Shown: positions 1 through 8,095 of the stretch, one piece after another | Numbering within the stretch: position 1 is the stretch's first letter | How the letters are laid out: each line of letters opens with the position of its first letter | Source: Planctomycetota bacterium | Lineage (GTDB): Bacteria > Planctomycetota > UBA11346 | Length of the DNA: 35,950 bases | Reading direction: 5' to 3' | Assembly: GCA_038213805.1 (NCBI GenBank) | Contig: JBBQSO010000054.1 | Location: 1 to 35,950, forward strand | Position numbers and translations under genes: made by a program | Notes under the pieces: generated by a model | What the model saw: only the letters and a program-made list of their open reading frames with translations | Databases searched by the model: none | What the model was told of the DNA's origin: nothing

Positions 1-1135
1 ATCCACCATGGTGTTCATGGTGTTCTTCAGGTCGAGCATCTCACCCTTGACGTCCACCGTAATCTTCTTCGACAGGTTTCCGCTGGCAACGGCCGTGGTC
101 ACTTCGGCGACGTTGCGCACCTGCGCCGTGAGGTTGCCGGCCATGTAATTGACCGAGTCGGTCAGGTCCTTCCACGTCCCCGCCACGCCCTTGACGTCGG
201 CCTGGCCGCCGAGGCGGCCCTCGGTGCCGACCTCGCGGGCGACGCGGGTGACTTCGCCAGCAAAGCTGTTGAGCTGGTCGACCATCGTGTTGATGGTGTT
301 TTTCAGCTCAAGGATTTCGCCCTTGGCCTCGGCGGTGATTTTCTTGGACAGGTCGCCGCGCGCGACGGCCGTTGTGACATCGGCGATATTGCGCACCTGG
401 GCCGTGAGGTGGGCGGCCATCGAGTTGACGTTGTCGGTCAGGTCTTTCCAGACGCCCGACACGCCGCGCACGTCCGCCTGGCCGCCGAGCTTGCCTTCCG
501 TTCCGACCTCGCGCGCCACGCGAGTGACTTCAGACGCGAACGACGACAGCTGGTCGACCATGGTGTTGACGGTGTTCTTCAGCTCGAGAATCTCGCCCTG
601 CACGTCGACGGTGATCTTCTTGCCGAGGTCGCCATTGGCGACCGCCTTGGTCACGTCGGCGATATTGCGCACCTGGCTGGTCAGGTTGCCGGCCATCGAA
701 TTGACGTTGTCGGTGAGATCCTTCCACGTGCCGGCCACGCCCTTCACCTCGGCTTGGCCGCCGAGCTTGCCTTCGGTGCCGACCTCGCGTGCCACGCGCG
801 TGACTTCGGAAGCGAACGACGACAGCTGGTCGACCATGGTATTGACGGTGTTCTTCAGCTCGAGGATCTCGCCCTTCACGTCGACGGTGATCTTCTTGGT
901 CAGGTCACCATTGGCGACCGCGGTGGTCACGGTGGCGATGTTGCGCACCTGGCTGGTCAGGTTCGAGGCCATCAGATTGACGTTGTCGGTGAGATCCTTC
1001 CAGGTGCCGGCCACGCCCTTGACGCGCGCCTGGCCGCCCAGCTTGCCTTCGGTGCCGACCTCGCGGGCTACGCGCGTCACTTCCGACGCGAACGACGACA
1101 ACTGGTCGACCATGGTGTTCACGGTCAGCGCGGTG
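1..1135 (-). repeat. 276-nt tandem HAMP-unit repeats
   Basis: The segment ggtcgaccatggtgtt...ggtgttcttcagctc recurs with variation at about 1, 276, 552, 828 and 1104 (period 276 nt = 92 aa). Confidence 0.85.
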
Positions 1136-1572
1136 CGGCGGAACTCGCCCTGCAGGGCGCGGCCCTCGATTTCCAACGCCATCGACTGCGAGAGGTCGCC
1201 CTTGGCCACGGCGCCGATCACGCGCGCGGTCTCGGAGGTCGGATGCACCAAGTCGTCGATCAGCGCGTTCACCGAGATGATGGTATCGGCCCAGGCGCCG
1301 GTCGCGGCGCCGACGGTGGCGCGCTGCGAGAGCTTGCCTTCCTTACCGACCACTCTGCTGAGGCGGTCGAGCTCGCGCACGGTCTTGCGGTTGAGGTCGA
1401 CGATCTCATTGAAGGTGTCGGCGATCTTGCCGTCGATCCCGGTCCACTCACTCGGCAGCTCGGCCGAGAAGTCGCCGCGCTTGAGCGAGGTCAGCGCCTT
1501 CAGCAACCAGCGTTTGTCGAGCGCCACCTCCGCCTCTTTGAGGGTGGTGGTCTTCTTGCCGGTGCTCTTCAT
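1..1572 (-). CDS. Poly-HAMP signalling protein, probably a hybrid histidine kinase (Nik1/OsaA-like); 3' part runs off the window
   Basis: Not in the ORF track because no stop lies in the window. ATG at 1572 reads [58 protein letters not shown]..., followed by 92-aa repeats ([52 protein letters not shown]). The kinase domain is not visible. Confidence 0.9.
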   Translation of the reverse strand, partial: MKSTGKKTTTLKEAEVALDKRWLLKALTSLKRGDFSAELPSEWTGIDGKIADTFNEIVDLNRKTVRELDRLSRVVGKEGKLSQRATVGAATGAWADTIISVNALIDDLVHPTSETARVIGAVAKGDLSQSMALEIEGRALQGEFRRTALTVNTMVDQLSSFASEVTRVAREVGTEGKLGGQARVKGVAGTWKDLTDNVNLMASNLTSQVRNIATVTTAVANGDLTKKITVDVKGEILELKNTVNTMVDQLSSFASEVTRVAREVGTEGKLGGQAEVKGVAGTWKDLTDNVNSMAGNLTSQVRNIADVTKAVANGDLGKKITVDVQGEILELKNTVNTMVDQLSSFASEVTRVAREVGTEGKLGGQADVRGVSGVWKDLTDNVNSMAAHLTAQVRNIADVTTAVARGDLSKKITAEAKGEILELKNTINTMVDQLNSFAGEVTRVAREVGTEGRLGGQADVKGVAGTWKDLTDSVNYMAGNLTAQVRNVAEVTTAVASGNLSKKITVDVKGEMLDLKNTMNTMVD

Positions 1573-1768
1573 GGCTGATCCATCGGGCAGGCGCGTCGAT
1601 CGCGCGGGTCCGCGGTCGGGCGGCGGTCGGCCGTTGCGCTCGCAGCGCTGGTGCCATCCGCCGAAGGGGTCGTACCCCTAGAACCGCCCCGTCAGCCTAG
1701 TGAACCACGTGAGCGGAGTCGAGAGCCACCTGTGTCCTGCAAAATGCAATGTGACCGACGCTCGTGCC

Positions 1769-1777
1769 TGGTATAAC
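1769..1777 (+). promoter_or_regulatory. Candidate extended -10 promoter (TGgTATAAC) for the nucleotidyltransferase pair
   Basis: TG-n-TATAAC at 1769-1777; a second GGTATAAC lies at 1927-1934, just upstream of the ATG at 1958. No convincing -35. Confidence 0.3.
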
Positions 1778-1957
1778 GAGCCATGCTGGCCAGGAGTGGT
1801 GTAACCAAGCAGCCTACGCCGCAATCTCTTCACCCCCTTTTATCAATCCCGGCAGTCATGGCGCCTAGCTCAGGCGCAGATAGGCCATACGGTCGCGATG
1901 GATCACATTCCGCCTCCATCGTGCGGGGTATAACCGCGCCTCCGCCCGCGAAACCAC

Positions 1958-2875
1958 ATGACCCCGCCCATCCTCCCCATCGGCACCCAGGTTGTGACCC
2001 GTGCGGACCTGGCAGCCACACCCGAGCGCCTGGCGGTGCCGGCCGGCACGGTTGGCGTCATTGTGCGCTCTCCGGTTGACGGCTCGCACGCCTACCGGGT
2101 GCGCTTCCCCGATGGCTTCGAGGCCTCCTACCTGCGCGACGAGCTGGTGCTGCTCGGCACCTGGCTCGCCCAGGGGTTGACCGCATCCGCGGTGCTCGCC
2201 GATCACGACCTGACCCGTCACATCATCTACCGCTGCGTCATGGGCTCACGCGCCTTCGGTCTGGACGATGATGCGTCGGACACCGATCGGCGCGGCTGCT
2301 ATCTGCCGCCGGCCGAGCTGCACTGGTCACTCTACGGCGTGCCCGAGCAGATCGAGGACAACGGCAACGAAGAGGTCTATTGGGAGCTGCAGAAATTCGT
2401 CTCGCTCGCACTCAAGGCCAACCCGAACATCCTCGAGTGCCTGTGGTCGCCGCTGGTCGAGCACTGCGCGCCCATCGCCACGGAGCTGCTCGCGCTGCGC
2501 GGCAGCTTCCTCTCGCGCCTGGTCTACCAGACCTACAACGGCTACGTGGCCTCGCAGTTCCGCAAGCTCGAGGCCGATCAGCGCAATCATGGCCAGGTCA
2601 AACCCAAGCATGCGATGCACCTGATCAGGCTGCTGCTCTCCGGAATCGGCGTGCTTGAGACCGGCGAACTCACCGTCCGCGTCACCGCGCACCGCGAACG
2701 CTTGCTGGCGATCAAGCACGGCACCGTGCCCTGGGTCGAGGTCGATAGCTGGCGCCTCGAATTGCACCGGCGTTTCGAGGCAGCCAGCACGCGCTCCCCC
2801 CTTCCCGAGCATCCCGACTACCGCGCCATCAACGACTTCCTGATCCGCGCCCGCCGCGCGGCGGTGACCACATGA
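1958..2875 (+). CDS. Pol-beta-superfamily nucleotidyltransferase, RlaP/YcgL-like, with an N-terminal SH3/KOW-like domain
   Basis: GSRAFGLDDDASDTDRRG (GS..DxD motif), KANPNILECLWSP, KHAMHLIRLL, LP..PDY..INDFL. The N-terminal ~70 aa is beta-rich (PIGTQVV...GTVGVIV...YRVRFPDG). Confidence 0.88.
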   Translation: MTPPILPIGTQVVTRADLAATPERLAVPAGTVGVIVRSPVDGSHAYRVRFPDGFEASYLRDELVLLGTWLAQGLTASAVLADHDLTRHIIYRCVMGSRAFGLDDDASDTDRRGCYLPPAELHWSLYGVPEQIEDNGNEEVYWELQKFVSLALKANPNILECLWSPLVEHCAPIATELLALRGSFLSRLVYQTYNGYVASQFRKLEADQRNHGQVKPKHAMHLIRLLLSGIGVLETGELTVRVTAHRERLLAIKHGTVPWVEVDSWRLELHRRFEAASTRSPLPEHPDYRAINDFLIRARRAAVTT

Positions 2876-3663
2876 CGACCTATGATACGAACTTCGATCC
2901 CGCCACCCTCGACCCGCGCATCCATCAGGAGCTCGATCGCCAGCCGCAGCGTCTGGTGTTCGTCACCATCAGCGGCGCTCACCTCTACGGCTTCCCGTCG
3001 CCCGATTCCGACTTCGACCTGCGCGGCGCCCACCTGCTGCCTGCCGAGCGCGTGCTCGGAATGGATGTCCGCGACGAAACCCTTGAGGTCTCCGCCGACC
3101 GCGATGGCCTGGAGGTGGACCTGGTCACCCATGACCTGCGAAAATTCGTGGCGATGATGTTGAAGCGCAATGGCTACGTGCTGGAGCAGCTCCACTCGCC
3201 GCTGATCATCCGCACTTCGCCGCTGCACAATGAGCTGAAGCGCCTGGCCCACGGCTGCGTCACCCGCCACCATGTCCACCACTACCAGGGCTTCGCCCAC
3301 ACCCAATGGGACCTGTTCCGCAAGGAGCGCCCGCGTCGCGTGAAGCCACTGCTGTATGCCTACCGCGTGCTGCTCACCGGCATCCACCTGATGCGCACCG
3401 GCCGCATCGAGTCGCATTTGCCCACTCTCGACCAGGACCACCACCTGCCCTACCTGCCAGGACTGATCCACCGCAAGACCTCGACCAAGGAGAAGGCGCT
3501 CATCGAAGACGCCGACCTCGAACTGCACGAACGCGAATTTCTCCGCCTTGCCGCCTTGTTGGAGCGCGCCGCGGAGACCTCGACCCTGCCGGAGATGCCG
3601 AGCACGCACCGCGAATTGGAACAGGCTGTAATCGAAGCCCGCCTGGGACACCTGCGCGCATGA
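2872..3663 (+). CDS. Second RlaP/YcgL-like nucleotidyltransferase
   Basis: TISGAHLYGFPSPDSDFDLRG, HDLRKF..MMLKRNGYVLEQLHSPL, VKPLLYAYRVLLTGIHLM. ATGA overlap with the upstream gene. Confidence 0.88.
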   Translation: MTTYDTNFDPATLDPRIHQELDRQPQRLVFVTISGAHLYGFPSPDSDFDLRGAHLLPAERVLGMDVRDETLEVSADRDGLEVDLVTHDLRKFVAMMLKRNGYVLEQLHSPLIIRTSPLHNELKRLAHGCVTRHHVHHYQGFAHTQWDLFRKERPRRVKPLLYAYRVLLTGIHLMRTGRIESHLPTLDQDHHLPYLPGLIHRKTSTKEKALIEDADLELHEREFLRLAALLERAAETSTLPEMPSTHRELEQAVIEARLGHLRA

Positions 3664-3930
3664 GCCCACGGCACTGCTGCCGGTGCTGCGGGGCACGGGC
3701 GTGCACCACTTCAAAGACCCGGATGGATCGGCCGGATCGGGGCTAACCGCACAAGCCACCGCTGCGTCCTGCACAGCGGCATGCCATGGGTCAGCCCGTG
3801 TATCCTCCTCGGCTTGCGGCGGTATCCGCGGCTCCTCGCCATGGTCACCCGCTCCAGCCGATGCATCCGGGTCCCTGACCTCCGCCGTTGCTGTGATCGT
3901 TGCGTCAGCTCTGCTCCGTCCGCTGGCCCA

Positions 3931-4797
3931 TTACGCGCACCTGACTGCGCTGAGCAGCGCATCGACCAGGCTTGGCGCGACACCCGAGGCTTGCGGGCAG
4001 CCGCGCTGGGGAGTCGTTGCCACCGGAATGGCGCCATGCCCAAGCAGGTCCCGTACCGCCCACGGATCGCAGCCCCGTTCGAGCAGATGGGCGGCGCAGC
4101 ATTCGCGCAGGGTCTGGCTGCAGACCGGCGCGCGGATGCCGGCTGCGCGGAAAGCCAGGCGATGGATACCCTGGACCAGCTGCGGATCGAGATGCGGACG
4201 GGCTGGGCGGACCCGGCCGGGGTCGGCGGACTCCTCTGCGCCAGTGAACACATGGTGCCAGGGCCATGAGCCCGCTGCTGCCGCCGGCTTGCGTGGCGCG
4301 GCCGCGGGCGTGGCGCTCACTGGCCCAGCCTCACGCCGCCCGACAAGATGCTGGCGCAGTCGAACCGCGAGCAGTTCACGCAGTGGCGCTACGACTCCGA
4401 CCGGCAAAGGGACAACGCGGGCGGGACCGGTGGGAGCACGCACCACGAGCAGGCGCCTTTCCAGATCGAGGTCTGCTACGCGCAGGCGAACGGCCTCGAT
4501 CAGATGCAGGCCGCAACCGTACTGGAGCAGGGCGATCAGGCGCGGCAGACCAGCGAGGTGAGCGAAGAATGCTGCCACCTGCGCCCTCGAAAGCGCCGCG
4601 TCCAGGCCCGCGATCCGCTGTACGCCGTCAGCCAGTCCAGTCGGCGCGGTTCCAACTGCGATCACACGCGCTTGGCGAGGCCGACGGGTCCTGGGCCGCG
4701 CGGAGGCGATTGCCGCTGATGGCGGAAAGGCCAAGGCGCCCCCGGTTGGGACGATCTCGGCGTGGGATGATGCTGGGGAATGGAGCGCAGCGCGCAT
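3931..4797 (-). CDS. Integron integrase (IntI)-like tyrosine recombinase homolog, predicted catalytically inactive, N-terminal domain missing
   Basis: Collinear with the IntI C-terminal domain: LLQYGCGLHLIEAVRLRVADLD, IntI-specific insert ending SWPWHHVF..S.DP, AGIRAPVCSQTLRECCAAHLLERG.D..VRDLLGH..., S.VDAL. RBS GAGGT lies 5 nt before the ATG at 4797. No stop or frameshift. Confidence 0.8.
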   Translation of the reverse strand: MRAALHSPASSHAEIVPTGGALAFPPSAAIASARPRTRRPRQARVIAVGTAPTGLADGVQRIAGLDAALSRAQVAAFFAHLAGLPRLIALLQYGCGLHLIEAVRLRVADLDLERRLLVVRAPTGPARVVPLPVGVVAPLRELLAVRLRQHLVGRREAGPVSATPAAAPRKPAAAAGSWPWHHVFTGAEESADPGRVRPARPHLDPQLVQGIHRLAFRAAGIRAPVCSQTLRECCAAHLLERGCDPWAVRDLLGHGAIPVATTPQRGCPQASGVAPSLVDALLSAVRCA

Positions 4798-4932
4798 GAG
4801 ATACCTCGGGGATTTATAGGGTTTTTGATGGGTCAATAAGGGCCCACCATGGCACCGCCACCGCCGCTGCAAGGTTGGCAGGTACATGGCCCACCGTCTG
4901 CTGCTCTGCCCTGATCCGCCGTCTGGCCCGAT

Positions 4933-7900
4933 TCAGGGAGCGAGCTGGAAGATGCTGTTGTGGATGCTGCCGCTGACCGCCTGTCCATCCGCGGCCTGGA
5001 GATCGTAATGGATCTCCATGCCCCACGTCGGCTGCAGGTCCGGCACCTCGATACCCACGGTGCAACCGTCTTCGGAAAGCGTCACCGCGGTGATCGCCAA
5101 GGCGTGCTCATTGAGGTGCTTGGAACCATATTCCGCTGAACGCTTCAGGCCCCAGACGGTGAGCCCATAGGAGCTGGCCTGCAACGCCCGTGCGCGGTCG
5201 AGCGGACGGCTGAAGCCGAGTTCCAGGCGGTGTACGTGCGCATGCAGCGCTACCGGCACGTTCAGCTCTCCAGACGTCCTCCTGATCCTGGAGAAGCACC
5301 CCTCCTCATGCTGGTTGGTCGCCCAGCCGACCATGCCGCACAAGTAAAGATCGTTGCTTGTTGGATGGAAACGGCCGCGCATCAGACCGCTGGGCAGGGC
5401 GGGAAGGGGCAGCATGTAGAGGCCACCCTGGGTCTGGCCGGAAATGGTCTCGGTGAGCACACCGTAGAGCCGGCCGGTGCCATAGGACATGTTCAGCAGG
5501 TTGCCGCCCAGCGGGCCCCATGTGCCAGGCGGCACCCTCACCGGTTCGGCGGGAGAGCGGTCCATGGCATTCGTGATCCACACCACCGGCTGATCCATCG
5601 ACCCATCTGCGGAATCGCGCGTCGTGGAGCTGCCCATGTTTCCGTAGAAGCCGCCCGGCTTCACCAGATTCAGGCGGTTCTTCGGCGTCCAGTGGCCTTC
5701 CTGGTCGGTGATGAAGAACGTGCCGTCGTCGTTCACGCACACGCCATTGGGCGCACGGAAGCCGTTGGCGATGATATCCGTGCGCGTGCCATCTTTGCTG
5801 ACGCGCAGCAAGGTGCCGTGCTGGGGGACGAGCGCGGGCAGCGCGTGGCGTGCGGCCTTCCCATAGTAGAAATTCCCCTGCGCATCCGTCTGCAGGCCCA
5901 TGGCGAATTCATGGAAGTGTTCGGTGACCTGATGATCGTTGTTGAAATTTTCGATCAGGTCGGCCTCGCCATCGCCGTCGAGATCGCGCAGCACCGCGAT
6001 CTGATCGCGGCAGCAGACGTAGACCGCGCCGTCGACGATCTTCACGCCGAGCGGCTGGAACAACCCGCTGGCGATGCGCCGCCAGCGCAGCACACCATCG
6101 GCCCGGCCAAGGCCGGCGACCGACCACACGTCGCCGTTCCAGGTGCAGACCGCCGCCCTGGTGCCATCGGCGAAGAAGTCGAAACCACCCGGGCGCATCC
6201 ACGATCCGTAGGGATTCGCAGCCGCGACGGGGATGGTCAGCTGGTCCACGGCGAAGGGTCCGCTGCCACCGCCGCGCACCACCTGCGTGGTCACCTCAAC
6301 GGGCCAGCGCGCGCTTCCGCCATGCACCAGCATCTGCAGATCGGGCATGGGTGCGGCGCGCTCCAACGCCCGATCGACGACCGCCTGCCCGGCGTGCGCG
6401 AGCAGGATACGGACCCGCACCGGCTGGGCGGAGGGCAGGAACCGCGCCACCAGCACGCCGTCCTCAACCATGACCCGCACGGTCGGCGGCCCCTGGAGCG
6501 CCCAGGCGAGGTGAGCGGCCTCCGGGGCGAGCCGCAGGGTGAGCGACTTGGCGCTCGGTGACAGGTCGAGCGTCCGGGTGAAGACCGGCGCCGTCAGATC
6601 GGTGGCTGCCAGGCCGGGAGCCTCGAGCACCTCGACGTCACCGACAGTATAGGCCACCACTGCGGAATGGTCGTGCAGGTAGAGACCCCGGTAATGCACC
6701 CAGGCACGCGGCAGCGGGCCATACGGTCGGCCGTCCGTGCCACGCAGCCGGGTGTCATCCCAGCCGCCGTGCTGAGGCTCCGCCCAGCCGGGACCTTGCG
6801 GATTCACCCAGGCCCGCTCACCGACGATGCTGGGGCAGGTGCCATGCGAACCGTCGAAGGCCACGCCCTTCCAATCGATGAAGCCCTGCCCCGAATAGGC
6901 GGCGGCCACCCGCATGGTGTCGTGGTCGTAGACCATCCAGGCGTGGCCCGCGGCCACCCCTCCCGGTCCGGGATCGAGCCGGATGGCGATGCCCTTGTAA
7001 GCGAAGTTGCCCGGCGCCACCTGATAGGTCCAGAACAGCGCCGGTCCGAAATCCATGGTCTGGTACGGCGGCGGGCCCTTCACGGGCGCCGACTCGGGAG
7101 CCGCGCCCAGGATCGTCCTGGGCAGCGATGCGAGATAGCGGGCATCAACCACCGTGTATTGGCTCGGATTGGCGCTCTTGAAGAACTCCTCGCGCAGATA
7201 GTTGATCACATCGTATTTCTGTCGGGAGTCGTACTGCGGCAGCGCGATCATCTGGCCGAACCCGCGTTCGAGGGTGGCGAACAGATGATAGGGATCCGCG
7301 CCATTCTTCATCGGCTCCTTGGCGAAATGTCGCGAGGTCGGCAGCGAGCCCTCCTTGTCCGCAGTCCCATGGCAGGTGATGCAGAAGGTCTGGTAGATCA
7401 CCCGGCCGCGTTCGTGGCTCGCTTGATCCCAGGCTGCTATCAGCGCGACGTGGTCGGTCCGCTCAAGCGGCTGCAGCCAGCACGAGCGGATCGTTCCACC
7501 AAGCGGCAGATCGATGGCGATGGTGATGGGGACCGCGGCGGCAGGCGGAGCCGCAAGCAGCGGCGCGGTCGCGGAAGACGGCGTGCCTGCGACCGTCCGG
7601 GCCGGCACCGTAACAACGACGGGATCGGCGCGCCCGACGCGCTGCACGGTGATGCTCGCCGAACCAACGCCGAGGCGCTGGCAGAGGACATCGACCTCGA
7701 TGTCGGCAGCCTGGTCATCCAGAACGAGCGGAATGCGATAGCCGGCGCCAAGGACGATGGCGGCCGCGGTCGAGGCGGCCGGCAGGTGCGCCACCAGATG
7801 CAGACGCATATCCGCGTACGACCCAGGTAGGACCGCGGCCGGCGCACCAGGCTGCACCAGCACCACCTCGCCCTGATGCGACCAGCCCGGTCCGCCCAAA

Positions 7901-8004
7901 GCCGGCGTGCACGAGACCGCGGCGGGCGGCAACGGCGTCGCCGGCTCGACGGCGCCCAGCGCGAAGCATGAAATCACGAAAACCAGCGCCAAGAATCGCT
8001 TCAT
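4933..8004 (-). CDS. Secreted PVC-type cytochrome c / DUF6797-like / GSDH-like beta-propeller protein
   Basis: Signal peptide MKRFLALVFVISCFALGA; heme motif CITCH; AYKGIAIRLD.G.GG...YDHDTMR (DUF6797-like); propeller motifs SGLFQPLG, HFHEFAMGLQ, NGFRAPNG, DQEGHWTP. Confidence 0.8.
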   Translation of the reverse strand: MKRFLALVFVISCFALGAVEPATPLPPAAVSCTPALGGPGWSHQGEVVLVQPGAPAAVLPGSYADMRLHLVAHLPAASTAAAIVLGAGYRIPLVLDDQAADIEVDVLCQRLGVGSASITVQRVGRADPVVVTVPARTVAGTPSSATAPLLAAPPAAAVPITIAIDLPLGGTIRSCWLQPLERTDHVALIAAWDQASHERGRVIYQTFCITCHGTADKEGSLPTSRHFAKEPMKNGADPYHLFATLERGFGQMIALPQYDSRQKYDVINYLREEFFKSANPSQYTVVDARYLASLPRTILGAAPESAPVKGPPPYQTMDFGPALFWTYQVAPGNFAYKGIAIRLDPGPGGVAAGHAWMVYDHDTMRVAAAYSGQGFIDWKGVAFDGSHGTCPSIVGERAWVNPQGPGWAEPQHGGWDDTRLRGTDGRPYGPLPRAWVHYRGLYLHDHSAVVAYTVGDVEVLEAPGLAATDLTAPVFTRTLDLSPSAKSLTLRLAPEAAHLAWALQGPPTVRVMVEDGVLVARFLPSAQPVRVRILLAHAGQAVVDRALERAAPMPDLQMLVHGGSARWPVEVTTQVVRGGGSGPFAVDQLTIPVAAANPYGSWMRPGGFDFFADGTRAAVCTWNGDVWSVAGLGRADGVLRWRRIASGLFQPLGVKIVDGAVYVCCRDQIAVLRDLDGDGEADLIENFNNDHQVTEHFHEFAMGLQTDAQGNFYYGKAARHALPALVPQHGTLLRVSKDGTRTDIIANGFRAPNGVCVNDDGTFFITDQEGHWTPKNRLNLVKPGGFYGNMGSSTTRDSADGSMDQPVVWITNAMDRSPAEPVRVPPGTWGPLGGNLLNMSYGTGRLYGVLTETISGQTQGGLYMLPLPALPSGLMRGRFHPTSNDLYLCGMVGWATNQHEEGCFSRIRRTSGELNVPVALHAHVHRLELGFSRPLDRARALQASSYGLTVWGLKRSAEYGSKHLNEHALAITAVTLSEDGCTVGIEVPDLQPTWGMEIHYDLQAADGQAVSGSIHNSIFQLAP

Positions 8005-8059
8005 GGTGAATGCCTCTGCTGCGGATGTGGATGTGGATGTATGCCACTGACGGCTGAAG

Positions 8060-8086
8060 CCGGCCCGGAACTGGACTCCGGGCCGG
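8060..8086 (-). terminator. Intergenic stem-loop (10-bp perfect inverted repeat)
   Basis: ccggcccgga-actggac-tccgggccgg, 10 nt after the DUF1592 stop; no U-tract. Confidence 0.45.
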
Positions 8087-8095
8087 TCCGACGCG

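Noticed and set aside
149..1681. 510-aa and 389-aa plus-strand ORFs
   Set aside because: Antisense shadows of the poly-HAMP gene, whose minus-strand frame carries the recognisable motifs.
1741..1760. aaaatgcaatgtgaccgac as a possible att repeat of the tRNA 3' end (aaaatggtcggaccgac)
   Set aside because: Only 6+7 nt match with a mismatched, gapped middle; compatible with chance.
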